Shown: one piece after another, positions 9,113 through 18,678 of the stretch
How the letters are laid out: each line of letters starts with the position of its first letter
Position numbering within the stretch: position 1 is the stretch's first letter
Origin: Alicyclobacillus sp.
Lineage (GTDB): Bacteria > Bacillota > Bacilli > Alicyclobacillales > Alicyclobacillaceae
Reading direction: 5' to 3'
Length of the DNA stretch: 64,000 nucleotides
NCBI GenBank assembly: GCA_023511725.1
Contig: JAIMAY010000004.1
Span: forward strand, 32,984 to 96,983
Notes under the pieces: generated by a model
What the model was told of the DNA's origin: nothing
Databases searched by the model: none
The model's input: only the letters and a program-made list of their open reading frames with translations
Made by a program: the position numbers and the translations under genes

Positions 9113-10051
9113 ATGGATCCACGCATGCAGCAGCGTGTGGCGGCGGTGTTCGCCGCCCATGGCGTCACCGAGATCCGTTGGAATGAGCCGATGGCGCGGC
9201 ACACCACGTGGCGGGTGGGCGGGCCCGCCGACGTGTTTGTGGTGCCCCAATCCGTGGACGAGATTGCCGGCGCCTTGCGGGCGGCCGGTGAACTGGGTCT
9301 GCCGTGGACGGTGGTGGGACGCGGTTCGAATATGCTGGTCCTCGATGGCGGCATCCGCGGTCTCGTCCTGAAGCTGGCGGACCCCGTCGGATGGATTGAG
9401 GTCGACGGACACCGGCTTGTCGCCGGGGGCGGCCGTTCCTTCGTCTCCGCGGCGCATGTGGCCATCCGGCACGGTCTGTCCGGTCTCGAGTTTGCCACCG
9501 GGATTCCGGGCAGTGTGGGCGGTGCCGTGATGATGAACGCCGGCGCGCATGGCGGCGAGGTCAAGGATATCCTCGCCTGGGCGGACGTGATGGACGGACG
9601 GGGGGAGATCCGGCGCCTGGCCCGCGCGGACCTGCGCTTCGCGTATCGCTACAGTCGGCTCAAGGATGAGCCCGGTGTGGTGATCGCCGCAGCCTTTGAT
9701 CTCGAACCGGGCGACAGGGAGGAGATGCTGAGCCGGGTCCGGGCGTGGTCCATGCGGCGCGCCTCCACGCAGCCGCTGTCGCAGCCCAACTGCGGGTCGG
9801 TCTTTCGCAACCCGGAGGGGACCCATGCCGGTCGCCTGATTGAGGAGGCCGGCCTCAAGGGGTTGACCATCGGCGGCGCGCAGGTGAGTCCCAAGCACGC
9901 CAACTTCATCGTCAATCTCGGCCATGCCCGCGCCTCCGACATCCTCATGCTGATCCGGCGCGTCCAGGAAACCGTGCGAGAACGATTCGGGATCGAACTC
10001 GAAACTGAGGTGAGGATTGTGGGAGAACCCCTGCCCGCCTCAGGGGGGTGA
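9113..10051 (+). CDS. murB: UDP-N-acetylenolpyruvoylglucosamine reductase
   Basis: ORF 8999..10051 with FAD-binding region HTTWRVGGPAD...VVGRGSNMLV. ATG 9113 is preceded by AGGAGGA. Confidence 0.92.
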   Translation: MDPRMQQRVAAVFAAHGVTEIRWNEPMARHTTWRVGGPADVFVVPQSVDEIAGALRAAGELGLPWTVVGRGSNMLVLDGGIRGLVLKLADPVGWIEVDGHRLVAGGGRSFVSAAHVAIRHGLSGLEFATGIPGSVGGAVMMNAGAHGGEVKDILAWADVMDGRGEIRRLARADLRFAYRYSRLKDEPGVVIAAAFDLEPGDREEMLSRVRAWSMRRASTQPLSQPNCGSVFRNPEGTHAGRLIEEAGLKGLTIGGAQVSPKHANFIVNLGHARASDILMLIRRVQETVRERFGIELETEVRIVGEPLPASGG

Positions 10052-11322
10052 CAGCACTGGACGCGTTTGAAATTCGCGGCGGCAGACCCCTGTCCGGCAG
10101 TGTTCGTGTGTACGGTGCGAAGAATGCCGCCCTGCCCATCCTGGCGGCAACCGTCATGGTGGAAGGCACGTGCATCATCGACGGTGTGCCGGCGCTCGAG
10201 GACGTGCGCGTGATGATTGAAATCCTGCGCGCCCTCGGGGCGGGGGTGGAGCAGGATGGAGAACGGATTGTGGTCGATGCGGCGTCGATTGCTCATACGG
10301 ATGTGCCGGCGGACCTGATGGCGCGGATGCGGTCCTCCATCTTTCTGATGGGACCGCTGATTGCCCGCTTCGGTGAGGTGCGCGTATCGCGGCCGGGGGG
10401 GTGCGTGATTGGCCAGCGGCCCATCGATTTTCACCTGCGCGGGCTGCGCCAGCTGGGTGCCGCGATTGAGGAGCGGCACGGCTTCATCCGCTGCACGGCA
10501 AGGCGCCTGACGGGCGAGACCATCACGCTGGATTTCCCGAGCGTGGGCGCGACGGAGAACCTGATGATGGCCGCCGCGCTTGCCGACGGTGTGACGCGGA
10601 TTGAAAACGCCGCGCGCGAACCGGAGATTGTGGACCTGGCGCGCTTTCTCAACGCCTGCGGGGCTCAGGTGAAAGGCGCCGGCGAGGACACCATCGTGAT
10701 TCGCGGCGTGCATCATCTGCATGGGGCGGCGCACCGGATCATACCGGATCGGATTGTCGCCGGCACCATCGCGCTGGCCGCCGCGGCGACGGGGGGTTCG
10801 GTGTGCTTGGAGGGGGCCCCGACGGCGTATCTGGGCGCTGTCCTGAGCAAGCTGCGCGAAGCCGGCGCGCGCGTGGAGGTCAGCGGTGACGCGCTGTGGG
10901 TACGTGCGGAGGATGGCTATCGCGCCGTCGACATGGTGACGGCGCCGTATCCGGGATTCCCCACGGACCTTCAGGCGCCGTTCATGGCATGGATGACGAT
11001 GGCGCGCGGGACCAGCGTGATCCGGGAGAACGTGTTTGAGGCCCGGTTCCGGCATGTGGATGAACTTCTGCGGATGGGAGCCGACATCACGGTGGATCTG
11101 CGGACCGCGGTGGTGCGGGGCGTCCCGGCGCTGTCCGGCGCCGAGGTGACGGCCTCAGACCTGCGCGGCGGCGCGGCCCTGGTCCTGGCGGGGCTGATGG
11201 CGGAAGGTGTCACGCGCGTGTATGGGCTTCATCACATCGACCGCGGCTATCAGGACCTGGAGCTGTATCTGCGCGATCTCGGTGCGGACATCATCCGCAT
11301 CCAGAGCGGCGAAGACGGTTGA
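10048..11322 (+). CDS. murA: UDP-N-acetylglucosamine 1-carboxyvinyltransferase
   Basis: 424-aa ORF with FEIRGGRPLSGSVRVYGAKNAALPILAA and the catalytic Cys context RPGGCVIGQRPID. Its GTG start overlaps the murB stop (GTGA). Confidence 0.93.
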   Translation: MTALDAFEIRGGRPLSGSVRVYGAKNAALPILAATVMVEGTCIIDGVPALEDVRVMIEILRALGAGVEQDGERIVVDAASIAHTDVPADLMARMRSSIFLMGPLIARFGEVRVSRPGGCVIGQRPIDFHLRGLRQLGAAIEERHGFIRCTARRLTGETITLDFPSVGATENLMMAAALADGVTRIENAAREPEIVDLARFLNACGAQVKGAGEDTIVIRGVHHLHGAAHRIIPDRIVAGTIALAAAATGGSVCLEGAPTAYLGAVLSKLREAGARVEVSGDALWVRAEDGYRAVDMVTAPYPGFPTDLQAPFMAWMTMARGTSVIRENVFEARFRHVDELLRMGADITVDLRTAVVRGVPALSGAEVTASDLRGGAALVLAGLMAEGVTRVYGLHHIDRGYQDLELYLRDLGADIIRIQSGEDG

Positions 11323-11421
11323 GAAACCTTGGTTCGAGGCGGGACGGCACCGTTCGTCCTGCCTTTTTTATGTTTTCCGGGGAATAGCCATGGTATAATA
11401 CCGTCGCAAACGCAGACGGCG

Positions 11422-12210
11422 ATGGAGGGGACATCCGGGTTGGCGAACGCGACCACGCCGGGCTCCCGGCGCACGCGTCCGAGGCGGCGCATGCGTGTGT
11501 GGATGGCCGGCTTCTTTGCAGTGATCGGCCTTGTGGTGGTGCTTGAATCGCCGCTGACGCGCGTCCGCCAGATCCAGGTGGACGGCAACACCACCATTCC
11601 GGCAGCGCGTTTGATAGCGGACAGCGGCCTTACGCCCGGCCTCAGCCTGTGGCAGATCAATCGGGCGGCTGTCGAGGCGGCGGTCACTTCCAAGGAACCG
11701 TTCGTCCAGTCGGTGGACGTGCAGGTGAACGCCTGGTCGCGCACGGTCACGCTGCACGTGCACGAGAAGCAGATTGCCGCCGTCTACACGACGAATGGCG
11801 AGTTCTTTCGCCTGCTCAGCGATGGCACCGTGTACGACGAGTTGTCGATGCCGAGCGGCGTCAGCGGCCCCATCCTGACGACGGCCCCGGCGGTGCGAGC
11901 GACGGTGGGCAAGGTGCTGCCGCACCCGTACGCGTCCGTGGTTTGCGCGCAACTGGCCAAGGCTGATCCAGAAATGCTCGTGGATGTCTCCGAGATCCAT
12001 GTGGATGACAGCGGCATCGCCGTGCTGTATCTCGACAATCGCTTCCAGGCGAAGCTGCGGGCCAGTCAGTTGAGCCAGCTCTTGCCCAAGCTCCACGATG
12101 CCGTTGCGTACTTTATCGATAAGGGCTATCCGCCGGGTGTCATCGACATGACCGGCAATCCGCCTTATCAATACACACCGTTTGCCACCGGCAAAGGGGG
12201 CTCCTCGTGA
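11422..12210 (+). CDS. divIB: Cell division protein DivIB/FtsQ (basic N-terminus, one TM, POTRA domain)
   Basis: ORF 11329..12210 has an Arg-rich cytoplasmic tail, a TM segment (FFAVIGLVVVL) and a POTRA-like VRQIQVDGNTTIPAARL. It precedes ftsA as in Bacillus. The start at ATG 11422 is inferred. Confidence 0.8.
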   Translation: MEGTSGLANATTPGSRRTRPRRRMRVWMAGFFAVIGLVVVLESPLTRVRQIQVDGNTTIPAARLIADSGLTPGLSLWQINRAAVEAAVTSKEPFVQSVDVQVNAWSRTVTLHVHEKQIAAVYTTNGEFFRLLSDGTVYDELSMPSGVSGPILTTAPAVRATVGKVLPHPYASVVCAQLAKADPEMLVDVSEIHVDDSGIAVLYLDNRFQAKLRASQLSQLLPKLHDAVAYFIDKGYPPGVIDMTGNPPYQYTPFATGKGGSS

Positions 12211-12935
12211 TGCACGCCGAGCGCAGGACACGCATACCCTGGGCCCTGCCCTTCACCGTGGTCACCCTGATCCTCGGCTTCATGCTGGGGCTGCAGTACC
12301 GCCTGACCTCAGGCACCCGCGTACCGGCTGTTGCCACGTCGGACCAAGAGGCTGAGCGGCTGCAGAACGAGTACAACGCGCTGAGTGCGCAGGGACAGGC
12401 GTTGCAGAAGGAACTGGCACAACTGAATGGACAACTGGCCACGTACGAGAAGCAGACGGCCGGGTCCAATGCCAGTTTGCAGGCCGTTCAACAGCGTCTT
12501 GAACAGGAGCGCATCCTCGCGGGCACCACACCGGTGACCGGGCCGGGGGTGACGGTGACGCTCATGGACGGGTTGTCGACGGGCACGAACACGATGGACG
12601 TGTTGACGCACGACTGGGATGTCCGCAGCGTCATCAATGAGTTGTTCACAGCCGGCGCTGAGGCGGTGGCCATCAACAATGTCCGCGTGGTGGCGACCAC
12701 GGGGGTGTTCTGCATCGGGCCGGTGGTCAAGGTGAACGACGACCGGTTGGCCCCTCCGTATGTGATCCAGGCCATCGGGGACCCGAAGACGCTCAAGGCC
12801 ACGCTTGACATGCAGGGCGGGGTGCTGGACATGCTTCGGGCGCGCGGTGTGCGCGTGACCGAGCCGCAGATTGTACAGACGCTGACGCTCCCGGCCTTCA
12901 CGGGGACCGTGCAGACGACGGATCAGACCGGGTGA
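12207..12935 (+). CDS. DUF881 family membrane protein (YlxW-like)
   Basis: The ORF has an N-terminal TM segment, a coiled-coil region, and DUF881-like TGPGVTVTL...NELF.AGAEA..IN..R......I.AIGDP. It occupies the same position as B. subtilis ylxW. Confidence 0.8.
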   Translation: MMHAERRTRIPWALPFTVVTLILGFMLGLQYRLTSGTRVPAVATSDQEAERLQNEYNALSAQGQALQKELAQLNGQLATYEKQTAGSNASLQAVQQRLEQERILAGTTPVTGPGVTVTLMDGLSTGTNTMDVLTHDWDVRSVINELFTAGAEAVAINNVRVVATTGVFCIGPVVKVNDDRLAPPYVIQAIGDPKTLKATLDMQGGVLDMLRARGVRVTEPQIVQTLTLPAFTGTVQTTDQTG

Positions 12936-12942
12936 GGGAGGA

Positions 12943-13698
12943 ATGGGTATGTCGACACAACGCGCCTTCATCTGGTCGCTGACCGGCGTCTGTGCTCTCG
13001 TCGGCTTTATGCTGACGGTCGAGCTGTCGTCTCATATCAAGCCGCAGCCGACATCCGGGACATTGGCCAGCTATCTGGATCTGCGCTCGGAGATAGACGA
13101 ACAACAAGAGGAGAATCGACTGCTCACCGAGCAGATTGCCAAGGCCAAGGCGCAGATTGCCCAGTATCAGGCGGCGCAGACGAATCAAGCCGATCTCGAG
13201 GCCGCGCTGCGCCATGACGAGCAGCAGACGGCGGCCGCGGCGGGGCTGACGCCCGTGACGGGGCCCGGGATCGAGATCAAGATCCAGGATGATCCCCTGC
13301 TCACGCCGGTGGGGTCGGCGGCGCAGGACTTCCAGGAACGGGCGGATGTGTGGATCTCAGAAGTCGTCAATGACCTGTTTGCGAACGGCGCTACCGCCAT
13401 CAGCATCAATGATCAGCGCCTCGTGACCACCTCATCCATCCGCTGGATTCAAGGGCTCAACTCGCTGCCGGAACTGCAGGTGAACACCGTGCCCGTGGCC
13501 CAACCGTACATCATTCGGGCGGTGGGCGACGTGGACCACATGCTGGCGGAACTCACGCTGAAAGACTGGCAGGCCAATTTCAACATCATGCAGGAGGACT
13601 TTATCGTCACGGCCCACCGCAGTGCGAACGGCGTCACGGTGCCGGCGTACCAGGGACCGTTGCCGGGGAAATGGGCGAAGGAGGCGACGAGTAAGTGA
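12943..13698 (+). CDS. DUF881 family membrane protein (YlxX-like paralogue)
   Basis: Same architecture as the preceding gene (TGPGIEIKI...NDLFANGATAISINDQRL...IRAVGD). Confidence 0.8.
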   Translation: MGMSTQRAFIWSLTGVCALVGFMLTVELSSHIKPQPTSGTLASYLDLRSEIDEQQEENRLLTEQIAKAKAQIAQYQAAQTNQADLEAALRHDEQQTAAAAGLTPVTGPGIEIKIQDDPLLTPVGSAAQDFQERADVWISEVVNDLFANGATAISINDQRLVTTSSIRWIQGLNSLPELQVNTVPVAQPYIIRAVGDVDHMLAELTLKDWQANFNIMQEDFIVTAHRSANGVTVPAYQGPLPGKWAKEATSK

Positions 13699-14075
13699 TC
13701 TGGTTGCCGGTACTGGGACTGATCATCGGGGCGGCCATTGGCTTTATCGCGAACGTCAACATCCCGGTGGCCTATTCGAGCTATCTGTCGATTGCCATTC
13801 TGGCGGCACTGGACACCGTGCTGGGCGGTGTGCGGGCGAGCCTGGAGAAGTCCTTCGACGCCACCGTGTTTCTCTCCGGATTCTTCTTCAACACGCTGCT
13901 CGCCGCGCTGCTCGCCTACATTGGAGAGCAACTCGGCGTGGACCTGTACCTGGCGGCGGTGGTGGCGTTTGGCGTGCGCCTGTTCCAGAACATCGCCATC
14001 GTGCGGCGGGTGGTGTTCGGCCGGATTGGCAAGCGTCACGGAAAGGAAGCCGAGCGGGCGGAGGTCGAGGCGTGA
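13695..14075 (+). CDS. sbp: Small basic protein Sbp (DUF1290)
   Basis: 126-aa hydrophobic ORF with a basic C-terminus. Its GTG start overlaps the upstream stop (GTGA), and it lies immediately upstream of ftsA as in Bacillus. Confidence 0.8.
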   Translation: MIWLPVLGLIIGAAIGFIANVNIPVAYSSYLSIAILAALDTVLGGVRASLEKSFDATVFLSGFFFNTLLAALLAYIGEQLGVDLYLAAVVAFGVRLFQNIAIVRRVVFGRIGKRHGKEAERAEVEA

Positions 14076-14168
14076 CGCCACGGTCGACAGCGATGGCGGT
14101 GGTTGTCGAGGCGGCGGAAAAGTACGCCGCGGATCGCAGAAAAAGGTGAAAAAAGTTTGCCGGCAGAA

Positions 14169-14197
14169 AGAGGATTTAGGCCGGAAGCTGTGGAAAT
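14169..14197 (+). promoter_or_regulatory. Candidate sigma-H-like promoter upstream of ftsA (AAAGAGGATTT-N12-GTGGAAAT)
   Basis: AGGATTT at 14171-14177 is followed 12 nt later by GTGGAAA. The match to RnAGGAwWW / RnnGAAT is imperfect. In B. subtilis, ftsAZ has a sigma-H promoter. Confidence 0.2.
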
Positions 14198-14248
14198 ACA
14201 CTCGGAAGACAACGTGCGCCAGGGCGTGATGCAGGGGGTGCCACACGT

Positions 14249-15481
14249 TTGGCCAAAGGGGAATACATCGTCAGCTTGGACATCGGCACATCCAGGGTGC
14301 GAGCCATCATCGGCGAGTTCACCGGGAACAGCGTGAACATCATCGGCGTCGGATCCGCGCATGGTGAGGGTATTCGGCACGGGTCCATCGTGGATATAGA
14401 CCTGACCGTGGAATCCATTCGCGAGGCGGTGGAGGAAGCCGAGCGGATGGTAGGCATTCACATCGGCTCCGCGTATGTGGGGATTGCCGGCAACCACATT
14501 CAACTGGAGAGCAGCCACGGGGTGGTGGCCATTGCGTCGCCCGACCGGGAGGTTGGGGACGAGGACATCGAGCGTGTGCTGCAGGGAGCGCGCGTGGTGG
14601 CGCTGCCGCCCGAGCGCGAGATCATCGATGTGGTGGCAAAGGAGTTCATCGTCGACGGCCTGCGGGGCATCACGGACCCTCGGGGCATGCTCGGCGTGCG
14701 GCTGGAAGTCGAAGCCTACCTCATCACCGGCAGCCGCACGGCCATCCACAACGTTGTGCGCTGCGTCGAGAAGGCCGGCATCGAGGTGGCCAACCTGGTG
14801 CTGATGCCGATGGCGGCCAGCACCGTGGCACTGTCGCAGGATGAGAAGAAGTTGGGCGTGGCGCTGGTCGACATCGGCGCCGGCGCCACATCCGTGTCGG
14901 TGTTCGACAGGGGCGTGCTGGTGGGCACGCGCGTGATCCCGATGGGCGGGGACTACGTGACGCACGACATCGCCATCGGCTTGCGCACACAGACGTCGTT
15001 CGCGGAGCAGATCAAGCTTCGCTACGGCTGCGCGCTGACCCGTGCCGCCTCTGAGGAGGAGCGCTTCACGGTGCCGCGCATCGGGGGTCAGCAGGAGGTG
15101 GAGTACACCCAGTACGACCTGGCCACCATCATCGAACCGCGGATGCAGGAAATCTTCTCGCTCGTGCGAAAAGAAATAGAAGAGATGGGTTACGGGCACG
15201 GGCTGCCGAGCGGTTACGTTCTGCACGGCGGTGTCATGTCCACGCGCGGGGCGACCGAATTGGCGGCGGAGGAATTGCAGGCTCCGGTGCGCGTGGCCAT
15301 CCCGGAATTCATCGGTGTGCGGGAGCCCGGCTACGTCAATGGTGTGGGCATCATTGTGCACGCTGCGCGGACAAGCCTGCGCGGCGGGGCGTATGAACCG
15401 TCCGTCCACGCGCGGGGCGGGGGCCGCACAGGTGCTGGATTGTTCGCGCGGGTGAAGGATTGGCTGCGGGACTTCATCTGA
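14249..15481 (+). CDS. ftsA: Cell division protein FtsA
   Basis: 410-aa actin-fold ORF (IVSLDIGTSRVRAIIGE; DIGAGATSV) with a TTG start. Confidence 0.95.
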   Translation: MAKGEYIVSLDIGTSRVRAIIGEFTGNSVNIIGVGSAHGEGIRHGSIVDIDLTVESIREAVEEAERMVGIHIGSAYVGIAGNHIQLESSHGVVAIASPDREVGDEDIERVLQGARVVALPPEREIIDVVAKEFIVDGLRGITDPRGMLGVRLEVEAYLITGSRTAIHNVVRCVEKAGIEVANLVLMPMAASTVALSQDEKKLGVALVDIGAGATSVSVFDRGVLVGTRVIPMGGDYVTHDIAIGLRTQTSFAEQIKLRYGCALTRAASEEERFTVPRIGGQQEVEYTQYDLATIIEPRMQEIFSLVRKEIEEMGYGHGLPSGYVLHGGVMSTRGATELAAEELQAPVRVAIPEFIGVREPGYVNGVGIIVHAARTSLRGGAYEPSVHARGGGRTGAGLFARVKDWLRDFI

Positions 15482-15565
15482 TGGAGCGCAGGAACGAGGC
15501 TCGCAGCCGGCGGCCCCGCCTCTCGCTGAAGAGCTGCGCACGAGACGTCACGAGGAGGAACCACG

Positions 15566-16720
15566 ATGCTGGAGTTTGACATGGAACACGAAACGCTCGC
15601 GCGAATCAAGGTCGTCGGTGTCGGTGGCGGCGGATGCAACGCGGTGAACCGCATGATTGAATCGGGCATCAAGGGCGTGGAGTTCATTGTCGTGAATACG
15701 GATGCGCAGGCGCTCGCCCTCTCGCGTGCTGAAACGCGGCTGCAGATTGGCGAGAAGCTCACGCGCGGGCTGGGGGCCGGGGCCAATCCCGAGATCGGCA
15801 AGAAGGCCGCGGAAGAAAGCCGTGAGATGATCACCAACGCGCTCAAGGGCGCGGACATGGTGTTCGTCACGGCGGGGATGGGTGGCGGTACGGGTACCGG
15901 CGCTGCGCCCATCATTGCCGAGATTGCGAAGGAACTCGGCGCACTCACCGTCGGCGTGGTGACCAAACCTTTCCGGTTTGAACAGCGCCGGCGCATGCAG
16001 CAGGCGGAGATGGGCATCGCCAACCTCAAGGAGAAAGTCGACACGCTCATCGTCATTCCGAATGATCGGCTGCTGGAAGTGGTCGACCGCAGCACCTCCA
16101 TGCTCGATGCCTTCCGGGAAGCCGACAACGTGTTGCGGCAGGGTGTATCAGGCATCTCCGACCTCATTGCGGTGCCGGGCCTCATCAACGTGGACTTTGC
16201 GGACGTCAAGGCCATCATGACAGAACGCGGTTCCGCGCTCATGGGCATCGGTGTCGCCAGCGGGGAAAACCGCGCCACCGAGGCGGCTAAGAAGGCCATC
16301 TGCAGCCCGCTGTTGGAGACGTCCATCGACGGCGCGCGCGGCGTGCTGATGCATATTGCGGGAGGCACCAACCTCAGCCTGTGGGAGGTCAATGAGGCTG
16401 CGGATATTGTCTCTTCCGCCGCGGATCCGGATGTCAACATGATCTTCGGCGCGGTCATCAATCCGGAACTCGAGGATCAGGTGCTGGTCACCGTGATTGC
16501 CACAGGATTCGAGGCCACGGCTCAGTCACAGTCCCAACCTGGTCCGGTGCGGAGGATTGAACCTGTCAGCCACAGCTCGCGGCAGGAGGTGGCCGCAGCG
16601 CACGAGACGCCTGTTCGTCCGCGCGGTCCCATCTACGAGGACATGCCTGCCAACGTGAGTAATCCGCTTGAGATCCCCACCTTCCTACGCAAGCGCGACG
16701 GCCGCTTCCGTACGCGGTGA
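15566..16720 (+). CDS. ftsZ: Cell division GTPase FtsZ
   Basis: Contains the tubulin signature [10 protein letters not shown], a C-terminal conserved peptide ([10 protein letters not shown]) and RBS GAGGAGGA. Confidence 0.98.
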   Translation: MLEFDMEHETLARIKVVGVGGGGCNAVNRMIESGIKGVEFIVVNTDAQALALSRAETRLQIGEKLTRGLGAGANPEIGKKAAEESREMITNALKGADMVFVTAGMGGGTGTGAAPIIAEIAKELGALTVGVVTKPFRFEQRRRMQQAEMGIANLKEKVDTLIVIPNDRLLEVVDRSTSMLDAFREADNVLRQGVSGISDLIAVPGLINVDFADVKAIMTERGSALMGIGVASGENRATEAAKKAICSPLLETSIDGARGVLMHIAGGTNLSLWEVNEAADIVSSAADPDVNMIFGAVINPELEDQVLVTVIATGFEATAQSQSQPGPVRRIEPVSHSSRQEVAAAHETPVRPRGPIYEDMPANVSNPLEIPTFLRKRDGRFRTR

Positions 16721-16778
16721 CGTCTCGCGGTGCCTCCTGTCCTTTCGTCGCACGTTGGATGGTACCATACAGTTTGTG

Positions 16779-16806
16779 GGCCCGCCGGGGATCGGCGGGC
16801 CTCTTC
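16779..16806 (+). terminator. Hairpin terminator candidate after ftsZ (GGCCCGCCG-GGGAT-CGGCGGGCC, then TCTTCG)
   Basis: Perfect 9-bp stem 16779-16787 / 16793-16801 with a short, weak U-tract. Confidence 0.45.
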
Positions 16807-16895
16807 GCATGAGTCCCGTCTCCCTGCCCGAGCCCCACTCGCGCCTCCGCAGGTCGACCCACACCGCCAAAACAAGTCTTGTTTCCCAAGCAAGT

Positions 16896-16929
16896 TTCGA
16901 CAGGCTTTGTAATAGACATGTACTATACT
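16896..16929 (+). promoter_or_regulatory. spoIIG-type promoter: Spo0A box (TTCGACA) overlapping a -35-like TTCGAC, 22-nt spacer, -10 TATACT
   Basis: TTCGACA at 16896-16902 is the reverse complement of the 0A box TGTCGAA. TATACT lies at 16924-16929 and spoIIGA starts at 16958. The over-long spacer matches the known B. subtilis spoIIG architecture. Confidence 0.55.
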
Positions 16930-16957
16930 GTGCCCAAACGCGATTCGGGGTGGTCCC

Positions 16958-17968
16958 ATGCCGGTCGTCTACATCGATGTGGTGTGGCTCGTCAATCTCG
17001 TCATGGACGCAGCCCTCCTCTGGACGACCTGCTGGCTTCTGGGGCGCAGACGGCGTCTGCTTCGCATTGGCGGCGGTGCCTTGCTGGGTTCCCTGTATGC
17101 CCTGCTGGTGTTTGTTCCGCCCTTGGCCCTGCTCACCACCTGGCCCGGCAAGGCGTTGGTGTCGCTAATGATGGTTATGCTGGCGGTGCCCTGGAAGAAT
17201 GCTTGGGACCTCGCACGGGTCGCGGCCACGTTCTACTTGGTCGCCTGCGTGTGTGCCGGTGCGGCCATCGCGTTGCAATTTGCCATTCCCGGGGTATCGG
17301 TGGCCGGTGGCGTCATCTCGCCTCGGGGCCATCTGCTGGTATGGACGACGGTGGGCACCATCGCGCTGATGGTGGCCATCCCGACCGGGGCGGCGCTGGT
17401 GCGGAGCGCCGTGGGCAGCATCCGCAGGCAGCGTCAGCGTCAGTCGCTGATTCTCCGGATCCGCGCGCATATCGCCGGCCATACCGTGGAATGCGCGGGG
17501 CTCGTCGACACCGGAAACCAGTTGCGCGATCCGTTGTCTCGACGGCCCGTCCATCTCATCGATGCTGGGCTGGCCGCGATGTGGTTTCCTCCCTCGGCAC
17601 GCCCGTTGCTGGAGGAGGGGCGATGGGAGGAGTTGGCGTCCGCGGCGGACGCTGACCTGGCACGCCGTCTGACGTTTGTTCCCTATCGTGGTGCGGGAGG
17701 TGGAAGTCAGCTTGCACTGGCCATCCGGCCCGACCTCGTCGAGGTGTTGACGGAGGACGGATGGCGAGCGGCGCCGCCGTGCCTGTTGGCGCTGCATCCC
17801 GGAAACCTGGCGCACGACGGTACCTTTCAGGCCATCTTGCACACCGAAGCTGTAACGGGAGTGGACGGGGATGACAGAGAACACCGCGCCGAGACGGCAT
17901 CTTCTGTGGCGGCTGCGCCTGAAACTGTGGTGGATGCGCATTCGCATCCGCTTGGCGGGCGGGGCTGA
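16958..17968 (+). CDS. spoIIGA: Sigma-E processing peptidase SpoIIGA
   Basis: The ORF has a polytopic N-terminus ([20 protein letters not shown]) and the aspartic protease motif [10 protein letters not shown]. It sits directly upstream of sigE. Confidence 0.92.
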   Translation: MPVVYIDVVWLVNLVMDAALLWTTCWLLGRRRRLLRIGGGALLGSLYALLVFVPPLALLTTWPGKALVSLMMVMLAVPWKNAWDLARVAATFYLVACVCAGAAIALQFAIPGVSVAGGVISPRGHLLVWTTVGTIALMVAIPTGAALVRSAVGSIRRQRQRQSLILRIRAHIAGHTVECAGLVDTGNQLRDPLSRRPVHLIDAGLAAMWFPPSARPLLEEGRWEELASAADADLARRLTFVPYRGAGGGSQLALAIRPDLVEVLTEDGWRAAPPCLLALHPGNLAHDGTFQAILHTEAVTGVDGDDREHRAETASSVAAAPETVVDAHSHPLGGRG

Positions 17969-18614
17969 AGAGGTCCATTATGTCGGCGGGAGTGAGTCCC
18001 TGCCGCCTCCACTGAGCAAGGAAGAGGAAGCGTATCTGATCAGCCGACTGCCCGACGATGAGGCGGCACGCTCCATGCTCATAGAGCGAAATCTGCGGCT
18101 GGTGGTCTACATCGCCCGCAAGTTTGAGAATACCGGCGTGCACATCGAAGACCTGGTGTCCATCGGCACCATCGGGCTGATCAAAGCGGTGAATACGTTT
18201 GATCCGAAGAAGAAGATCAAGCTCGCCACGTATGCTTCGCGCTGCATCGAAAACGAGATCCTGATGTTTTTGCGGCGGAACAACAAGGTTCGGGCGGAGG
18301 TCTCCTTTGACGAGCCGCTGAATGTGGACTGGGACGGCAATGAATTGCTGCTGTCCGACGTGCTCGGCACGGATGCCGACGCCGCTTACAAGAGCCTCGA
18401 GGAGGAGGTGGACCGCACCCTGTTGCGGGCTGCGCTCGACAAACTGAATGAGCGCGAGCGCAAGATCATGGAGCTCCGCTTTGGCCTTGGCGGGGGTGAG
18501 GAGATGACGCAGAAGGATGTGGCGGATCTGCTCGGCATCTCCCAGTCGTACATCTCCCGCCTGGAAAAACGAATTCTCAAGCGCTTGCGGCGCGAGTTCA
18601 GCCGCATGGTTTGA
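17871..18614 (+). CDS. sigE: RNA polymerase sporulation sigma factor E (pro-sigma-E)
   Basis: Near-collinear with B. subtilis SigE ([20 protein letters not shown]...[16 protein letters not shown]...[22 protein letters not shown]). An amphipathic pro-sequence ([18 protein letters not shown]) requires a start upstream of the spoIIGA stop. ATG 17871 is preceded by GGGAGTGG. Confidence 0.92.
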   Translation: MTENTAPRRHLLWRLRLKLWWMRIRIRLAGGAEEVHYVGGSESLPPPLSKEEEAYLISRLPDDEAARSMLIERNLRLVVYIARKFENTGVHIEDLVSIGTIGLIKAVNTFDPKKKIKLATYASRCIENEILMFLRRNNKVRAEVSFDEPLNVDWDGNELLLSDVLGTDADAAYKSLEEEVDRTLLRAALDKLNERERKIMELRFGLGGGEEMTQKDVADLLGISQSYISRLEKRILKRLRREFSRMV

Positions 18615-18645
18615 AGGATCTGGATGGTTGCGCCTCGCGATGGCG

Positions 18646-18678
18646 GTCCCGGCGGGCGTGGGTGACCCGTACCGGGAC
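18646..18678 (+). terminator. Hairpin after sigE (GTCCCGG CGGG...CCCG TA CCGGGAC) abutting the sigG promoter
   Basis: Arms 18646-18652 / 18672-18678 plus an inner CGGG/CCCG pairing, followed by TGCATAGTTTTA. Confidence 0.4.

Noticed and set aside
7828-9564. 578-aa minus-strand ORF (and the overlapping 8750..9925 ORF)
   Set aside because: It lies antisense to murG and murB, its sequence is low-complexity and Arg/Pro/Ala-rich, and it has no RBS context.
9649-11055. 468-aa minus-strand ORF
   Set aside because: It lies antisense to murA, whose sense frame has unmistakable MurA motifs.
14036-15541. 501-aa minus-strand ORF (also 15331..16461)
   Set aside because: Both lie antisense to ftsA and ftsZ and are shadow ORFs.
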